This document shows, piece after piece, positions 8,585-17,436 of a DNA stretch of 34,434 bases. The notes under the pieces are model-generated. The model ran no database searches, was not told the origin of the DNA, and saw only the letters and a list, made by a program, of their open reading frames with translations. Position 1 is the stretch's first letter; every line of letters starts with the position of its first letter. This stretch comes from a virus, in IMG/VR virus record IMGVR_UViG_3300029124_000021, one strand, 5' to 3'. Position numbers and translations under genes: made by a program.

Positions 8585-8620
8585 TGCCCGTTTTGTAGCC
8601 TGTCATACTCTATTTATGCG
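8582..8620 (+). repeat. Copy 1 of a ~39-bp post-stop-codon motif TAATGCCCGNTT...CTGTCATACTNTNTTTATGNG
   Basis: 30/39 identity with 11372-11410; shorter related copies at 6274-6285 and 20798-20810, each starting at the TAA stop of the upstream gene. Confidence 0.5.
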
Positions 8621-8664
8621 GTACTCACGCAGTTTAAACAGAGGAAATATAAGGAGAAAACAAA

Positions 8665-9162
8665 ATGGCAGACGATGAAAAAACTTTTACGCAAGCTGAT
8701 GTTGACAAGCTGATGGCAAATTTAAACGCAAAACATCAAGAGGACATGAATGCCCTTGCCGGCAAATTAAGGGCAGAGTTTAAAGACAAAGAGGCTAAGG
8801 CTAAGGCAGAGGCTGAAAAACTCGCTAAACAAGCTAATATGTCCGAACTTGAAAAAGCAAATGCCGAACTTGCTGACTGGAAAGCTAAGTATCAGGAAAA
8901 AGAGGACTTAATTAATCTTTCAACGCAAAAAGACGAAACACGTAAATTAATGAAAGAAATGGGAGTTGATGAGGGCTGTCTTGATTTTTGTTTTATCCCA
9001 AAAGATACAGATGGTACAAAAGCCCGGATAGAAGCGTTTAAAGAGTACACGGACGGAGTTAAAAAAGCCACGTTTGAAAACGGTATGCAGTCTAAAATTC
9101 CACAGTCACATACACAAAAAAAGAGTGATGATACCGCTTTAAGAAAGGCTTTCGGGCTATAA
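8665..9162 (+). CDS. Scaffolding protein
   Basis: Coiled-coil sequence rich in A/K/E located between the minor head and major capsid genes. Confidence 0.6.
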   Translation: MADDEKTFTQADVDKLMANLNAKHQEDMNALAGKLRAEFKDKEAKAKAEAEKLAKQANMSELEKANAELADWKAKYQEKEDLINLSTQKDETRKLMKEMGVDEGCLDFCFIPKDTDGTKARIEAFKEYTDGVKKATFENGMQSKIPQSHTQKKSDDTALRKAFGL

Positions 9163-9177
9163 TAGGAGATTTTAAAA

Positions 9178-10086
9178 ATGACACAACAAATTGATTTAGT
9201 TACAAAAATGTTACCTCTAATCGACGAGGTCTATAAAAAAGAGGCAAAATCCGCAATTTTGGAAGCTCCGAGTGAATTGGTGCAAGAAACACAAGATGCG
9301 AATACTTTTAAAATTGCAAAACTTGCATTAATGGGATTAGGCGATTACTCCAAAACAACAGGATTTCCAGAAGGTGACATCTCGCTTACTTGGGAAACAC
9401 ACACTTTCGCTAATGATAGAGGCAGACGTTTCTCTGTCGATAGAATGGACAATATTGAAAGTTTTGGACTTGTTGCAGGGCGTATGGTTGGCGAATTTAT
9501 CAGACAGTACGTAATCCCTGAAATTGATGCTTACCGCTTTGCAAAAATTGCATCAAAAGCAGGAAATATCGCAACTGCCGCAACTTTGACGGCTTCCACT
9601 GCAAAATCAGCACTTGATACCGCAATTACGGCTTTGCAAGAGAAAGAAGTCGACGATAATCGACAAATAATTTTTGCAACACCGACAGTTGCTCAATTAT
9701 TGTCCGATAATATCACTAGAACTACATTAAACGGCGAAAATGCAATCAACAATGTGATTGAAAGTTATAACGGCATTCAGATTGTCAGAGTTCCGCAAAC
9801 TCGTTTTTACACTCAAATCACATTGGCAGACGGTCAACCTTCTGATGGTGCAAATACTGCCGGTGGGTACTCCAAAACTGCAACAACTGGGGCAGACATC
9901 AACTTTATCGTTATGGATAAAGCCGCATCTGTCAACATCACAAAATCCGTTGTTGCGAAGTTGTTTACACCTGACGAAAACCAAAACAAAGATGCATGGC
10001 AATTCGATTATAGATTGTATCATGATAGTTTTGTTTTCGATAACAAAAAAGCAGGTATTTACTTGAACGCAAAAGCCGCAGGTTAA
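9178..10086 (+). CDS. Major capsid protein (XkdG position)
   Basis: 302 aa directly after the scaffold gene, followed by a strong hairpin. Confidence 0.65.
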   Translation: MTQQIDLVTKMLPLIDEVYKKEAKSAILEAPSELVQETQDANTFKIAKLALMGLGDYSKTTGFPEGDISLTWETHTFANDRGRRFSVDRMDNIESFGLVAGRMVGEFIRQYVIPEIDAYRFAKIASKAGNIATAATLTASTAKSALDTAITALQEKEVDDNRQIIFATPTVAQLLSDNITRTTLNGENAINNVIESYNGIQIVRVPQTRFYTQITLADGQPSDGANTAGGYSKTATTGADINFIVMDKAASVNITKSVVAKLFTPDENQNKDAWQFDYRLYHDSFVFDNKKAGIYLNAKAAG

Positions 10087-10095
10087 GGAGGTTAA

Positions 10096-10278
10096 ATGTT
10101 GATTTATAAAGATGGGATAACTCGTCATATTCGTGGAAATGATTGGCAGCACTACAAAGAATTAGGCTTTGTAGAAGTCGAGGCAACGCTGAAGGCGCAA
10201 GACGACGAAGAACTTGAAACACAAGATGATGAAGTCGAGGCAACACCGAAAAACAAAAGGAACAAAAGGGGGAATTAA
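10096..10278 (+). CDS. Small acidic hypothetical protein
   Basis: 60-aa ORF with an RBS ggaggt upstream. Function unknown. Confidence 0.3.
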   Translation: MLIYKDGITRHIRGNDWQHYKELGFVEVEATLKAQDDEELETQDDEVEATPKNKRNKRGN

Positions 10279-10290
10279 TCCCCCTTTCCC
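10268..10290 (+). terminator. Hairpin ggggga-attaa-tccccc followed by a short T tract
   Basis: 6-bp G/C stem downstream of the capsid gene; only ttt follows, so it may be partial or attenuating. Confidence 0.45.
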
Positions 10291-10297
10291 TTAACAA

Positions 10298-10651
10298 ATG
10301 GAGCAAAAAATGATTGGCAATTACGACAAAATAAAAGAATATGTGCTTTTGTTATCAGGACAAGAAGATAACCCAAAACTAGATTTTCAAATTAATATGA
10401 TTATTGATGAATGTCTAGCATATTGCTATCGGAAAGATGTTCCCGAACAAATGGAAAGACCGTTAGCAGACGTTATAGTGAACGAATTAAACCGTAAAGG
10501 TATATTTACTATTGACGGGGATATTACAAGCTATAAAGAGGGTGATATGCAAGTATCCTTCGGCGGAATTTCGACAAATTCTACAGGTTTGAAATATAAC
10601 GGCAAACTTGATCCGTTTAAGTTAATTATTGGAGTTGTCGATAATGTTTAG
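10298..10651 (+). CDS. Head-tail connector (gp6-like / YqbG-type)
   Basis: Size and position after the capsid gene; N-terminal DECLAYCYRK region is typical of this family. Confidence 0.5.
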   Translation: MEQKMIGNYDKIKEYVLLLSGQEDNPKLDFQINMIIDECLAYCYRKDVPEQMERPLADVIVNELNRKGIFTIDGDITSYKEGDMQVSFGGISTNSTGLKYNGKLDPFKLIIGVVDNV

Positions 10652-10976
10652 GAATGATATTTGCACAATTAAGCGGAGATTGAAGGCTGTAGTTGAAGGG
10701 GAAACGCTTTGGGGCGATTACAAGACGATTGCGGCGGATATTCCTTGTCATTTATCAGTCAAAGCAATAAGTGCTTTAAATCAGTCGCAAAGCACCGCTA
10801 CTGTAATGTATGATTTTACTTTGTTTTATGACGCCTCACTTGGCATAGATTTACAACCGAATGATGTTGTGTTTGTTAAGACTTCGCAGGGGCAAGAGTA
10901 CAAGCTCACTGCCGGAGAAAGTCACCAATATTATTTGACTACTCAAACGCATTGCGAAAAATTAACAGAGGTGTAA
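10629..10976 (+). CDS. Head closure / head-tail adaptor protein
   Basis: Position and size only. Confidence 0.45.
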   Translation: MELSIMFRNDICTIKRRLKAVVEGETLWGDYKTIAADIPCHLSVKAISALNQSQSTATVMYDFTLFYDASLGIDLQPNDVVFVKTSQGQEYKLTAGESHQYYLTTQTHCEKLTEV

Positions 10977-11374
10977 TTATGTTTGACCAATATGCTGCAA
11001 AATTAAAGCAATATCAAGCCGATGTGCCAAAAGTGTTTAAAAAAGTTGCAAGAAAGACGGCTATAAAGGCAGAAAATACCGCAAAAGAGTTTACAGACAA
11101 AGAGGGGCTTGTTGATACGGGTGCATATAAAGGAGCTTGGGAAGCAAAATCGCAAGAGCTTGAAAAAGGCACATATGCGGTTTTTTTAAACAATAGTATG
11201 GATTATGCAAGTCACTTGGAATTCGGACATGCTTTGCGAAATGGTGGGCGTTGGAAAGGTCGATTTGTTGGTCGTAATACTCTTGATGAAGCTCACTTCT
11301 ATGCGCTTGAACAACTAGACAAGGAGCTTGAAAAAGCAATTATTAGTTATCACAATTCTTTTTTAAATGAATAA
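10952..11374 (+). CDS. HK97 gp10-family tail-component protein
   Basis: EGLVDTGAYKGAW and YASHLEFGH match the gp10 family signatures VDTGxL...EFG. Confidence 0.7.
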   Translation: MRKINRGVIMFDQYAAKLKQYQADVPKVFKKVARKTAIKAENTAKEFTDKEGLVDTGAYKGAWEAKSQELEKGTYAVFLNNSMDYASHLEFGHALRNGGRWKGRFVGRNTLDEAHFYALEQLDKELEKAIISYHNSFLNE

Positions 11375-11410
11375 TGCCCGATTGGCTCACTGTCATACTG
11401 TGTTTATGGG
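11372..11410 (+). repeat. Copy 2 of the ~39-bp post-stop motif
   Basis: See 8582-8620. Confidence 0.5.
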
Positions 11411-11825
11411 TATTATTGTAGAACTAAAAAATGCGATAAGAAAATCTATTTATTCACTTGACAAAACAATGAACTTCAATTTTGAAAAAATCAAGCGAGT
11501 ACAATATCCTTACGTTTTTTTCTATATTCGCAATTATAAAATTATTGAGCCGGCAGACCCGACACGTTGGGCACAAGTAACGGTTAATTGCGTGCTTGAA
11601 TACTGCAAAGAGGCTGATTGCGATAATGCTGATTTATTGACTTATGAGGATATATTCCGCAAAGCTACAAAGAATTTTGAGTTTTTAGACACAAAACTAT
11701 ATGCACAAAATACTGAATTTAGTCTTGTCGATGGGGCTTTGCAAATGCTTTTTGACCTCACTTTTTACGTGAGAGAACAAGACGAAACAGAACTGATGCA
11801 AGAATTACAACTAACAATGAAATAA
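11406..11825 (+). CDS. Tail terminator/completion-like hypothetical protein (track ORF starts at 11367)
   Basis: The ORF-track start at 11367 lies inside the repeated motif; ATG at 11406 (MGIIVELK) is the more plausible start. Confidence 0.4.
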   Translation: MGIIVELKNAIRKSIYSLDKTMNFNFEKIKRVQYPYVFFYIRNYKIIEPADPTRWAQVTVNCVLEYCKEADCDNADLLTYEDIFRKATKNFEFLDTKLYAQNTEFSLVDGALQMLFDLTFYVREQDETELMQELQLTMK

Positions 11826-11840
11826 AGAGAGGACAGGGAA

Positions 11841-12932
11841 ATGGTAGAAAAACAACCTAGTTTTTTAATTACTTTTAAGGAATTGGCGATAGCAGCTATT
11901 CAAAAACAAAAGTTAGGCAAAGTCGTAATGATTTTAAATGACAATACTACTTCTAATGATAGGATTTCTTATTTTACGCTTGGAGATGTCAAAAAAGCTG
12001 ATTGGACAAGTGCAAACTATGATTTAATCACTTTGGCATTCTTGGGCAATCCAACAGAGGTAATCTGTATTAAATCAGAAGAAGATTTTGCAGAAATTCA
12101 AAAGAAATTGAACTATTATAGCGGTTATGTTCTTGTTTATCCGTCTGCAAAAGCGAGTGAACACACAATGATTAAAAACTACTTGCAAAAACAGAGAGAA
12201 AACAACAACTACTCTATTGCTATTCTTGGCAATCCTACTGCGCCGGATGTTCCATATATTGTTAATTTTGCGACTACAAATATTAAAGCAAACCTTAACG
12301 ACGCTGATAAAACTTTCACTTATGGCGATTTTACAGCACGTGTTGCGGGGGCTTTTTCAGGACTTCCTGCAAGCCGTTCATTGACTTATTTCGAACTACC
12401 GGAAGTTTACGATTGCACTTTGTCTGAAACTCCTGATGCAGATGTTAAGGCAGGTAAATTGATTATTTTGCAACAAGACGGCTCATTTAAACTAGGTCGT
12501 GCGGTAAACTCTTTGACAACATTAACAGACGGCGTTACAGAGGCTTTCCAAAAAATCCGTATTGTCAACATTATGGATATGATTGCAAATGACATCATTA
12601 CAACGTTCAGGACAACTTATGTCGGCAAGTACACAAACAACTACTCAAACAAATTGCGTTTTGTAGGTGCAATCAATGCTTATTTACACGATTTAGCAGT
12701 AAACGGATTACTTGAAATTGCAAATCAGAATGAAGTCCGTATATCTTACGAAAAGAACAAGGCTTATTTGGAAAAGAAAGGCAAAGACACAAGCAAGATG
12801 TCTTATCAAGACATTATTCAGGCAAATACAGGTTCAAATGTGTTCTTAGACGGTGTTTGCTCACCTACTGACACAATGGAAGATTTGGACTTGGGTATGT
12901 ACTTATTTGAAACACTCGCAGAGGCTGCGTAA
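11841..12932 (+). CDS. Contractile tail sheath protein (XkdK position)
   Basis: 363 aa immediately upstream of the tube gene; PBSX gene order. Confidence 0.6.
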   Translation: MVEKQPSFLITFKELAIAAIQKQKLGKVVMILNDNTTSNDRISYFTLGDVKKADWTSANYDLITLAFLGNPTEVICIKSEEDFAEIQKKLNYYSGYVLVYPSAKASEHTMIKNYLQKQRENNNYSIAILGNPTAPDVPYIVNFATTNIKANLNDADKTFTYGDFTARVAGAFSGLPASRSLTYFELPEVYDCTLSETPDADVKAGKLIILQQDGSFKLGRAVNSLTTLTDGVTEAFQKIRIVNIMDMIANDIITTFRTTYVGKYTNNYSNKLRFVGAINAYLHDLAVNGLLEIANQNEVRISYEKNKAYLEKKGKDTSKMSYQDIIQANTGSNVFLDGVCSPTDTMEDLDLGMYLFETLAEAA

Positions 12933-12959
12933 TTAAAGAAAGGATAAGGTATTTAAGAT

Positions 12960-13385
12960 ATGACTGCACAGGCAAAAGACGTATTGACAGGAACTGACGT
13001 AACTGTATGGCTTGACGGTGAAGAAGTCGGTGTATGGGCATCGTTAGAGGCTAATGTAACAATGAATTACGATGATGTAAACATAGGTCAAGATGTTGAT
13101 CGCAAATTCTTGAGTTTTCAAGGTGATGGCTCGTTGAATTATCAGGCTACAAACTCAATGACGGTTGAAATGTTCAACAAAATCAAAAACAATCCTGATG
13201 TTAGATTTACTATTGAGGGTGAATTAACAAGACGTTCAACAGGAGAAAAAGAGGCTTATTCAATCCCGGGAGTTACATTCGACAGTATTCCGCTTGCAAC
13301 TTGGAGCAAAAACGAAATTGTATCAAAAGAAATGTCTTTTAGATTTCCACCATCTCAAATTGTTACTACATCAACTATTGACTAG
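12960..13385 (+). CDS. Tail tube protein (XkdM-like)
   Basis: 141 aa following the sheath gene. Confidence 0.65.
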   Translation: MTAQAKDVLTGTDVTVWLDGEEVGVWASLEANVTMNYDDVNIGQDVDRKFLSFQGDGSLNYQATNSMTVEMFNKIKNNPDVRFTIEGELTRRSTGEKEAYSIPGVTFDSIPLATWSKNEIVSKEMSFRFPPSQIVTTSTID

Positions 13386-13393
13386 GAGATATT

Positions 13394-13795
13394 ATGAACT
13401 TAGATAAATTATTGAAAAAAATCGAATTAAACAAACAAACTGAAAACGAGGTTAAAACGTACCCGCTTACAATCGGCGATGAAACGTATGAAATTCGAAC
13501 TTTGACACGTGCCTTGAAACGTGAATTTCTTTACGCAAACGGCGTCGATACAACAAAAATGACGATTGGGGACATTATCAAAAAATCAATCCCGTATATT
13601 TACAAGTCCATTGTGGGGATTAAAGACCTTGCAGAGCGTGCGAAGCAAGAGAAATTAATCGTCAAATACTACGATATTATCGAGTATCTTTTCGAGCCCG
13701 ATGAGATTATGACCATTGTAGGCTTTATCTATGACATCAACGGCATAGGTGAAGACCAAATGGAGGCGGGCGTTGAAGAAATAAAAAAGCCATAG
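13394..13795 (+). CDS. Tail assembly chaperone (XkdN position), zero-frame product
   Basis: Located between tube and tape measure; ends EEIKKP*, with the A_AAA_AAG slippery site over its last codons. Confidence 0.55.
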   Translation: MNLDKLLKKIELNKQTENEVKTYPLTIGDETYEIRTLTRALKREFLYANGVDTTKMTIGDIIKKSIPYIYKSIVGIKDLAERAKQEKLIVKYYDIIEYLFEPDEIMTIVGFIYDINGIGEDQMEAGVEEIKKP

Positions 13796-13941
13796 GAGAA
13801 GATATTAATCTCCTTCTATGCGCATATTATTTGCAAAAGGGCATAACTCCTGAACATATCTTAAACTTAACAATACATGAAAAAATGTTCTACTTAGCCT
13901 CAATGGCTTGGTGGAGCGAAAAACAACAGATTAAGGATTAA
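13394..13941 (+). CDS. Predicted -1 frameshift fusion product of the tail chaperone (G/GT-type)
   Basis: Heptamer aaaaaag at 13783-13789 in X_XXY_YYZ phase. The -1 frame is open from 13777 to the TAA at 13939-13941, immediately before the tape measure ATG. Confidence 0.5.
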
Positions 13942-15387
13942 ATGGCAACATATAAAGACATATTACTACTTGTAGATAAAGTATCACAGCCTTTGAAAAA
14001 AATACAAAAAAGTATGCAAGAGGCACAAAAGCCTATGTCTAAAATTCGAGAACGTATTCAAAAAGTAGGGAATAGTTTTAAAAATCTTGCTAATAAAGCA
14101 AAATTAGCAGGTAGTAGTATGCAAAAATGGGGTAACAAAATTACCGGTGTTGTGTCAAAGTTAGGGTTAAGCATAACTGGCTTTACTGGTGCAGTCGGGA
14201 TGGCTTTTAATCGTGTTCAGGGGTGGTTTTCTCAAACCGCAGAATATGGTGACCGAATAGACAAAATGTCTCAAAAAATAGGAATGTCAGCAAAAAACTT
14301 TCAAGAATGGGATTTTATTATGTCTCAAAATGGTGGGCATGTTGAAAGTTTACAAATGGGATTTAAAACTCTTGCAAATCAACTTAATTCTGTTAAAAAG
14401 GGTTCAAAAGACAGTGTAAAAGCTTTTAAGGCTTTGGGAATTCGTATTACAGATAATAGAGGGCGTTTGCGTGACCAAAACGATGTTTTTAATGATGCAG
14501 TAAAAGCGTTGCAACGCATGCAAAATCCTACACAAAAAGCAATTTATGGAAATAAACTATTTGGGCGTAGTTTTATTGAAATGAAACCATTGTTAAATCA
14601 ATCAGCAGAGGCTATTGAAAATTTACGTAAACAAGCACAAGATACAATTATTTCTCAAGAAGATATTGATAATGCTGTGAAATATACTGATACTATGGAC
14701 AGATTTAATCGAATTTTTCAAGCTAAAATGGCACCGATTATTACAAGATTAATGCCAAAAGTTTTAGAAATTATGGATAAAATTCTCCAACGTTCCGATA
14801 TTCTTGAAAAATTAATCGGTTGGATTGTTGTTTTGACCGATAAAATTGTGGCAATGGTTGATTGGTTTATGAACTTAAACAGCTTTCAAAAAAAATTAGT
14901 AATTGGCTTTGGTTTATTTTTAGCTGCTATTGGTCCAGTGATTAGTGGTTTAGGGTCAATTGTAATGATATTAGGTTCTTTTGGGGTGACTGCTACTGTT
15001 GCAGCTGAGGCAATTGGTGGCTTTGTTGCAGCAACTGCACCTTGGGGCGTTGCTATTGCGGGTATGATTGGCTTAGTATATTCACTCGTTAAAGCTATTC
15101 AAACTCTTGTCGGTTGGTTCCAACATCTTAAAAATATGAAAATTAGTAGTATCAATACTGGGTTTGATACAGAGCAATTAGACAAATTAAGTAAATTACA
15201 AGCAAGTATGGGAGATAAAGCTTTTACCGCTAAATATAGTAAAGATGTAAATAAAAAAGTTACAAATTATAGAAAAACACAAAATACAACCACAAATACT
15301 TACAATACTTTTAGCGGAAATATTACTTTATCAAGAGATAATCAATTAAACGGACTTTTACTTGGAGCTTTAAATACTGCTAATTAG
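13942..15387 (+). CDS. Tail tape measure protein
   Basis: 481 aa, helical N-terminal half and a Gly/Ala-rich hydrophobic segment (LVIGFGLFLAAIGPVISGLGSIVMILG...); position after the chaperone gene. Confidence 0.75.
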   Translation: MATYKDILLLVDKVSQPLKKIQKSMQEAQKPMSKIRERIQKVGNSFKNLANKAKLAGSSMQKWGNKITGVVSKLGLSITGFTGAVGMAFNRVQGWFSQTAEYGDRIDKMSQKIGMSAKNFQEWDFIMSQNGGHVESLQMGFKTLANQLNSVKKGSKDSVKAFKALGIRITDNRGRLRDQNDVFNDAVKALQRMQNPTQKAIYGNKLFGRSFIEMKPLLNQSAEAIENLRKQAQDTIISQEDIDNAVKYTDTMDRFNRIFQAKMAPIITRLMPKVLEIMDKILQRSDILEKLIGWIVVLTDKIVAMVDWFMNLNSFQKKLVIGFGLFLAAIGPVISGLGSIVMILGSFGVTATVAAEAIGGFVAATAPWGVAIAGMIGLVYSLVKAIQTLVGWFQHLKNMKISSINTGFDTEQLDKLSKLQASMGDKAFTAKYSKDVNKKVTNYRKTQNTTTNTYNTFSGNITLSRDNQLNGLLLGALNTAN

Positions 15388-16303
15388 TATTAGCAATATG
15401 TTCTTCTTTATATTCTAGTATTTTTCCCCATGCTCTATTCGGAGTAATTGGTGGCTCAAAATTTAACATTTTTATAAGATTGTTTGCATTAAACAAAAAG
15501 AGCTTTTTGTATTCCTCGAGTGATAAATCTTCTTTGAAAGCCCAACCATATATAGCAGGAGCAATAAAACCATGCGCCCATTCAGGGAATTCTTCTATTG
15601 TTTCTTTATCTAATTCTTCAGGGAAATCATATAAAGTACAATAATCTCCTATTAAATCTATATACAGTATAGTCATATAAGTGTTTGTTGCTTGGGTTGT
15701 ATTACCACAAAACGCTTGTAATTCAGCTTCCATAAAACGGAAACGTCTTAACTCTTTAAAACCTTGTTTTGTGTATATACTTTTTTTGCCAAAATGTAAA
15801 TCAATAATTGCTTGTTGAATTGCACTTTGTACAGTATATTGTTTTTCTTTATCTAATTTTATTTTTATTAATGTATTCGTTTCCTCCCATAGTTGTATGA
15901 ATTTCACACGAGAATTATATTCTTTCCATAAATTATCTAATATATCACGTTCTTTTTCAGTAAATAATCCCTCTTGTGAAGTTAAAATTTCCCGTTTACG
16001 AAATACTTTATTTTTACAACTGGTACATTTAAATGTTTTACCTTTGCGAATTGGCAAAGTATTGCCACAATATGGACAAGTATTGTTTTTGTTTAGTTTT
16101 AAGTTTTTTAAAAATATATCTAAATTTAATTCATCCCAAAATAACGTTTTTGATATTGCAAGCTTTTTACGTTTTGTTTTTCTTCTATAATATTCTTCCT
16201 TTGTTATTGTGTTAGGAAAATTTAAACAACTCTTGGGCAAATTTTTCTTTTGCTTAAATGGCTTTAACCAACTAACAAATTTATAAAAAATTTTCAAACC
16301 CAT
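15380..16303 (-). CDS. Hypothetical protein with an N-terminal C4 zinc ribbon (CPYCGNTLPIRKGKTFKCTSCKNK) and a ~180-aa C-terminal domain of unknown function
   Basis: Reverse-strand ORF embedded in the forward-strand tail module; its stop overlaps the tape measure stop by 8 nt. Confidence 0.55.
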   Translation of the reverse strand: MGLKIFYKFVSWLKPFKQKKNLPKSCLNFPNTITKEEYYRRKTKRKKLAISKTLFWDELNLDIFLKNLKLNKNNTCPYCGNTLPIRKGKTFKCTSCKNKVFRKREILTSQEGLFTEKERDILDNLWKEYNSRVKFIQLWEETNTLIKIKLDKEKQYTVQSAIQQAIIDLHFGKKSIYTKQGFKELRRFRFMEAELQAFCGNTTQATNTYMTILYIDLIGDYCTLYDFPEELDKETIEEFPEWAHGFIAPAIYGWAFKEDLSLEEYKKLFLFNANNLIKMLNFEPPITPNRAWGKILEYKEEHIANTN

Positions 16304-16305
16304 TA

Positions 16306-16644
16306 TTAAAAATCCATTCTTGCAATAATATGTTCTCTAAGCTTTTCAAATTCAGGTTGTTGAGCTTTTGTAAACATAACTGTATTTTCGTCTTTTGTCG
16401 CACTGAACAAACCGCCTTTGTCCTCTAAACTTCCCGGAAAGATAAATTGAATATACCCGTTTGTTACATTTCCTGCTTCTTTAAATTGTAATGCAGTTAA
16501 TTGTCTTAAAAAGATTGTTTTTGTTCCATCAAACCCATGAAGTGCAAACCCCATTACTCCTTTTCGGGTAATATCTATTTTGCTATAAGACAATTCCACT
16601 TGCCCATTAACACCCTTAACTACTTGGCTAATTTGTTGTTCCAT
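16306..16644 (-). CDS. Small protein (112 aa) with a bacterial PH-domain-like pattern
   Basis: GTKTIFLRQLTALQFKEAGNVTNGYIQFIFPG plus a C-terminal helix EFEKLREHIIARM resembles bPH folds. First gene of the reverse-strand cassette, 2 nt upstream of 15380..16303. Confidence 0.5.
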   Translation of the reverse strand: MEQQISQVVKGVNGQVELSYSKIDITRKGVMGFALHGFDGTKTIFLRQLTALQFKEAGNVTNGYIQFIFPGSLEDKGGLFSATKDENTVMFTKAQQPEFEKLREHIIARMDF

Positions 16645-16767
16645 TCTTAACTCCTTTAATTAACTATTCCATACATGAATACACAAAACAAAACATTTTG
16701 TAACTACCCATGTGGCTAATTCTTCAAAAAACTTAATGCCCCTTTTAGTAATTTCTATAATTAAACT

Positions 16768-17436
16768 ATGGGTAAACGATTAGAAATTCAGTTATATTGC
16801 TCGAAAACAGGCGAAAGCATTACATTGCCGCTTAATCCTGAAACAACAGATATTCCGAATGAAAAAGAAATTGAAACATTTGACATTTTAGGTTATGGAG
16901 AGGTGGCTGTAAAGGGCAAGAAGCGACTTAAACGCATCACCCTATCAAATATATTACCGTCTAATAATTCATGGCTTGCGTTGGCTGCATCACTTGTTAA
17001 AGGATTAAATTATAAACCGTATTCGTTACAAGAAACAATTGATATGATTAATCGGTGGGTAGACAATGACGAAATTATTCGTGTAATTATTTCAGAAAAA
17101 CTTAATAAATTATTCAGGATTGAAAAACACGTTGAGGCAGTGCGAGAAAGTGTTGTAGACGTCGGTTACACTATTGACCTTGTAGAATATGTAGATCCAA
17201 CAAACAAAAATACTGTTCTTAAAATGAATGTACCTGAAACAAGTGTTACGAAGTTAAAATCACGCCCAATAGAAAAATTTGTTCCTAACAAACAAGTTGC
17301 AAAACGGAATATGACTATTTATAAAATAGCTAAACTTACTTACGGCGGTCGTTCACAAGAATTGGCAAACCTTAACGCTATTTACAATCGTAATGCAGAT
17401 ATTGCAGGCAAAGTCGTGGAGATGTTGCCACTATGA
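16768..17436 (+). CDS. Tail/baseplate protein at the XkdP position
   Basis: Position only; I could not confirm a LysM motif. Confidence 0.4.
   Translation: MGKRLEIQLYCSKTGESITLPLNPETTDIPNEKEIETFDILGYGEVAVKGKKRLKRITLSNILPSNNSWLALAASLVKGLNYKPYSLQETIDMINRWVDNDEIIRVIISEKLNKLFRIEKHVEAVRESVVDVGYTIDLVEYVDPTNKNTVLKMNVPETSVTKLKSRPIEKFVPNKQVAKRNMTIYKIAKLTYGGRSQELANLNAIYNRNADIAGKVVEMLPL

Noticed and set aside
10268-10290. Strong terminator after the capsid operon
   Set aside because: The stem is good but only three Ts follow, so termination efficiency is doubtful. It is kept as a low-confidence attenuator and not as an operon boundary.
16768-17436. LysM domain in the XkdP-position protein
   Set aside because: The C-terminal segment has a loose resemblance (IYKIAKLTYGG...LANLNAI) but lacks the GDT/PGQ hallmarks; kept as a position-based call only.
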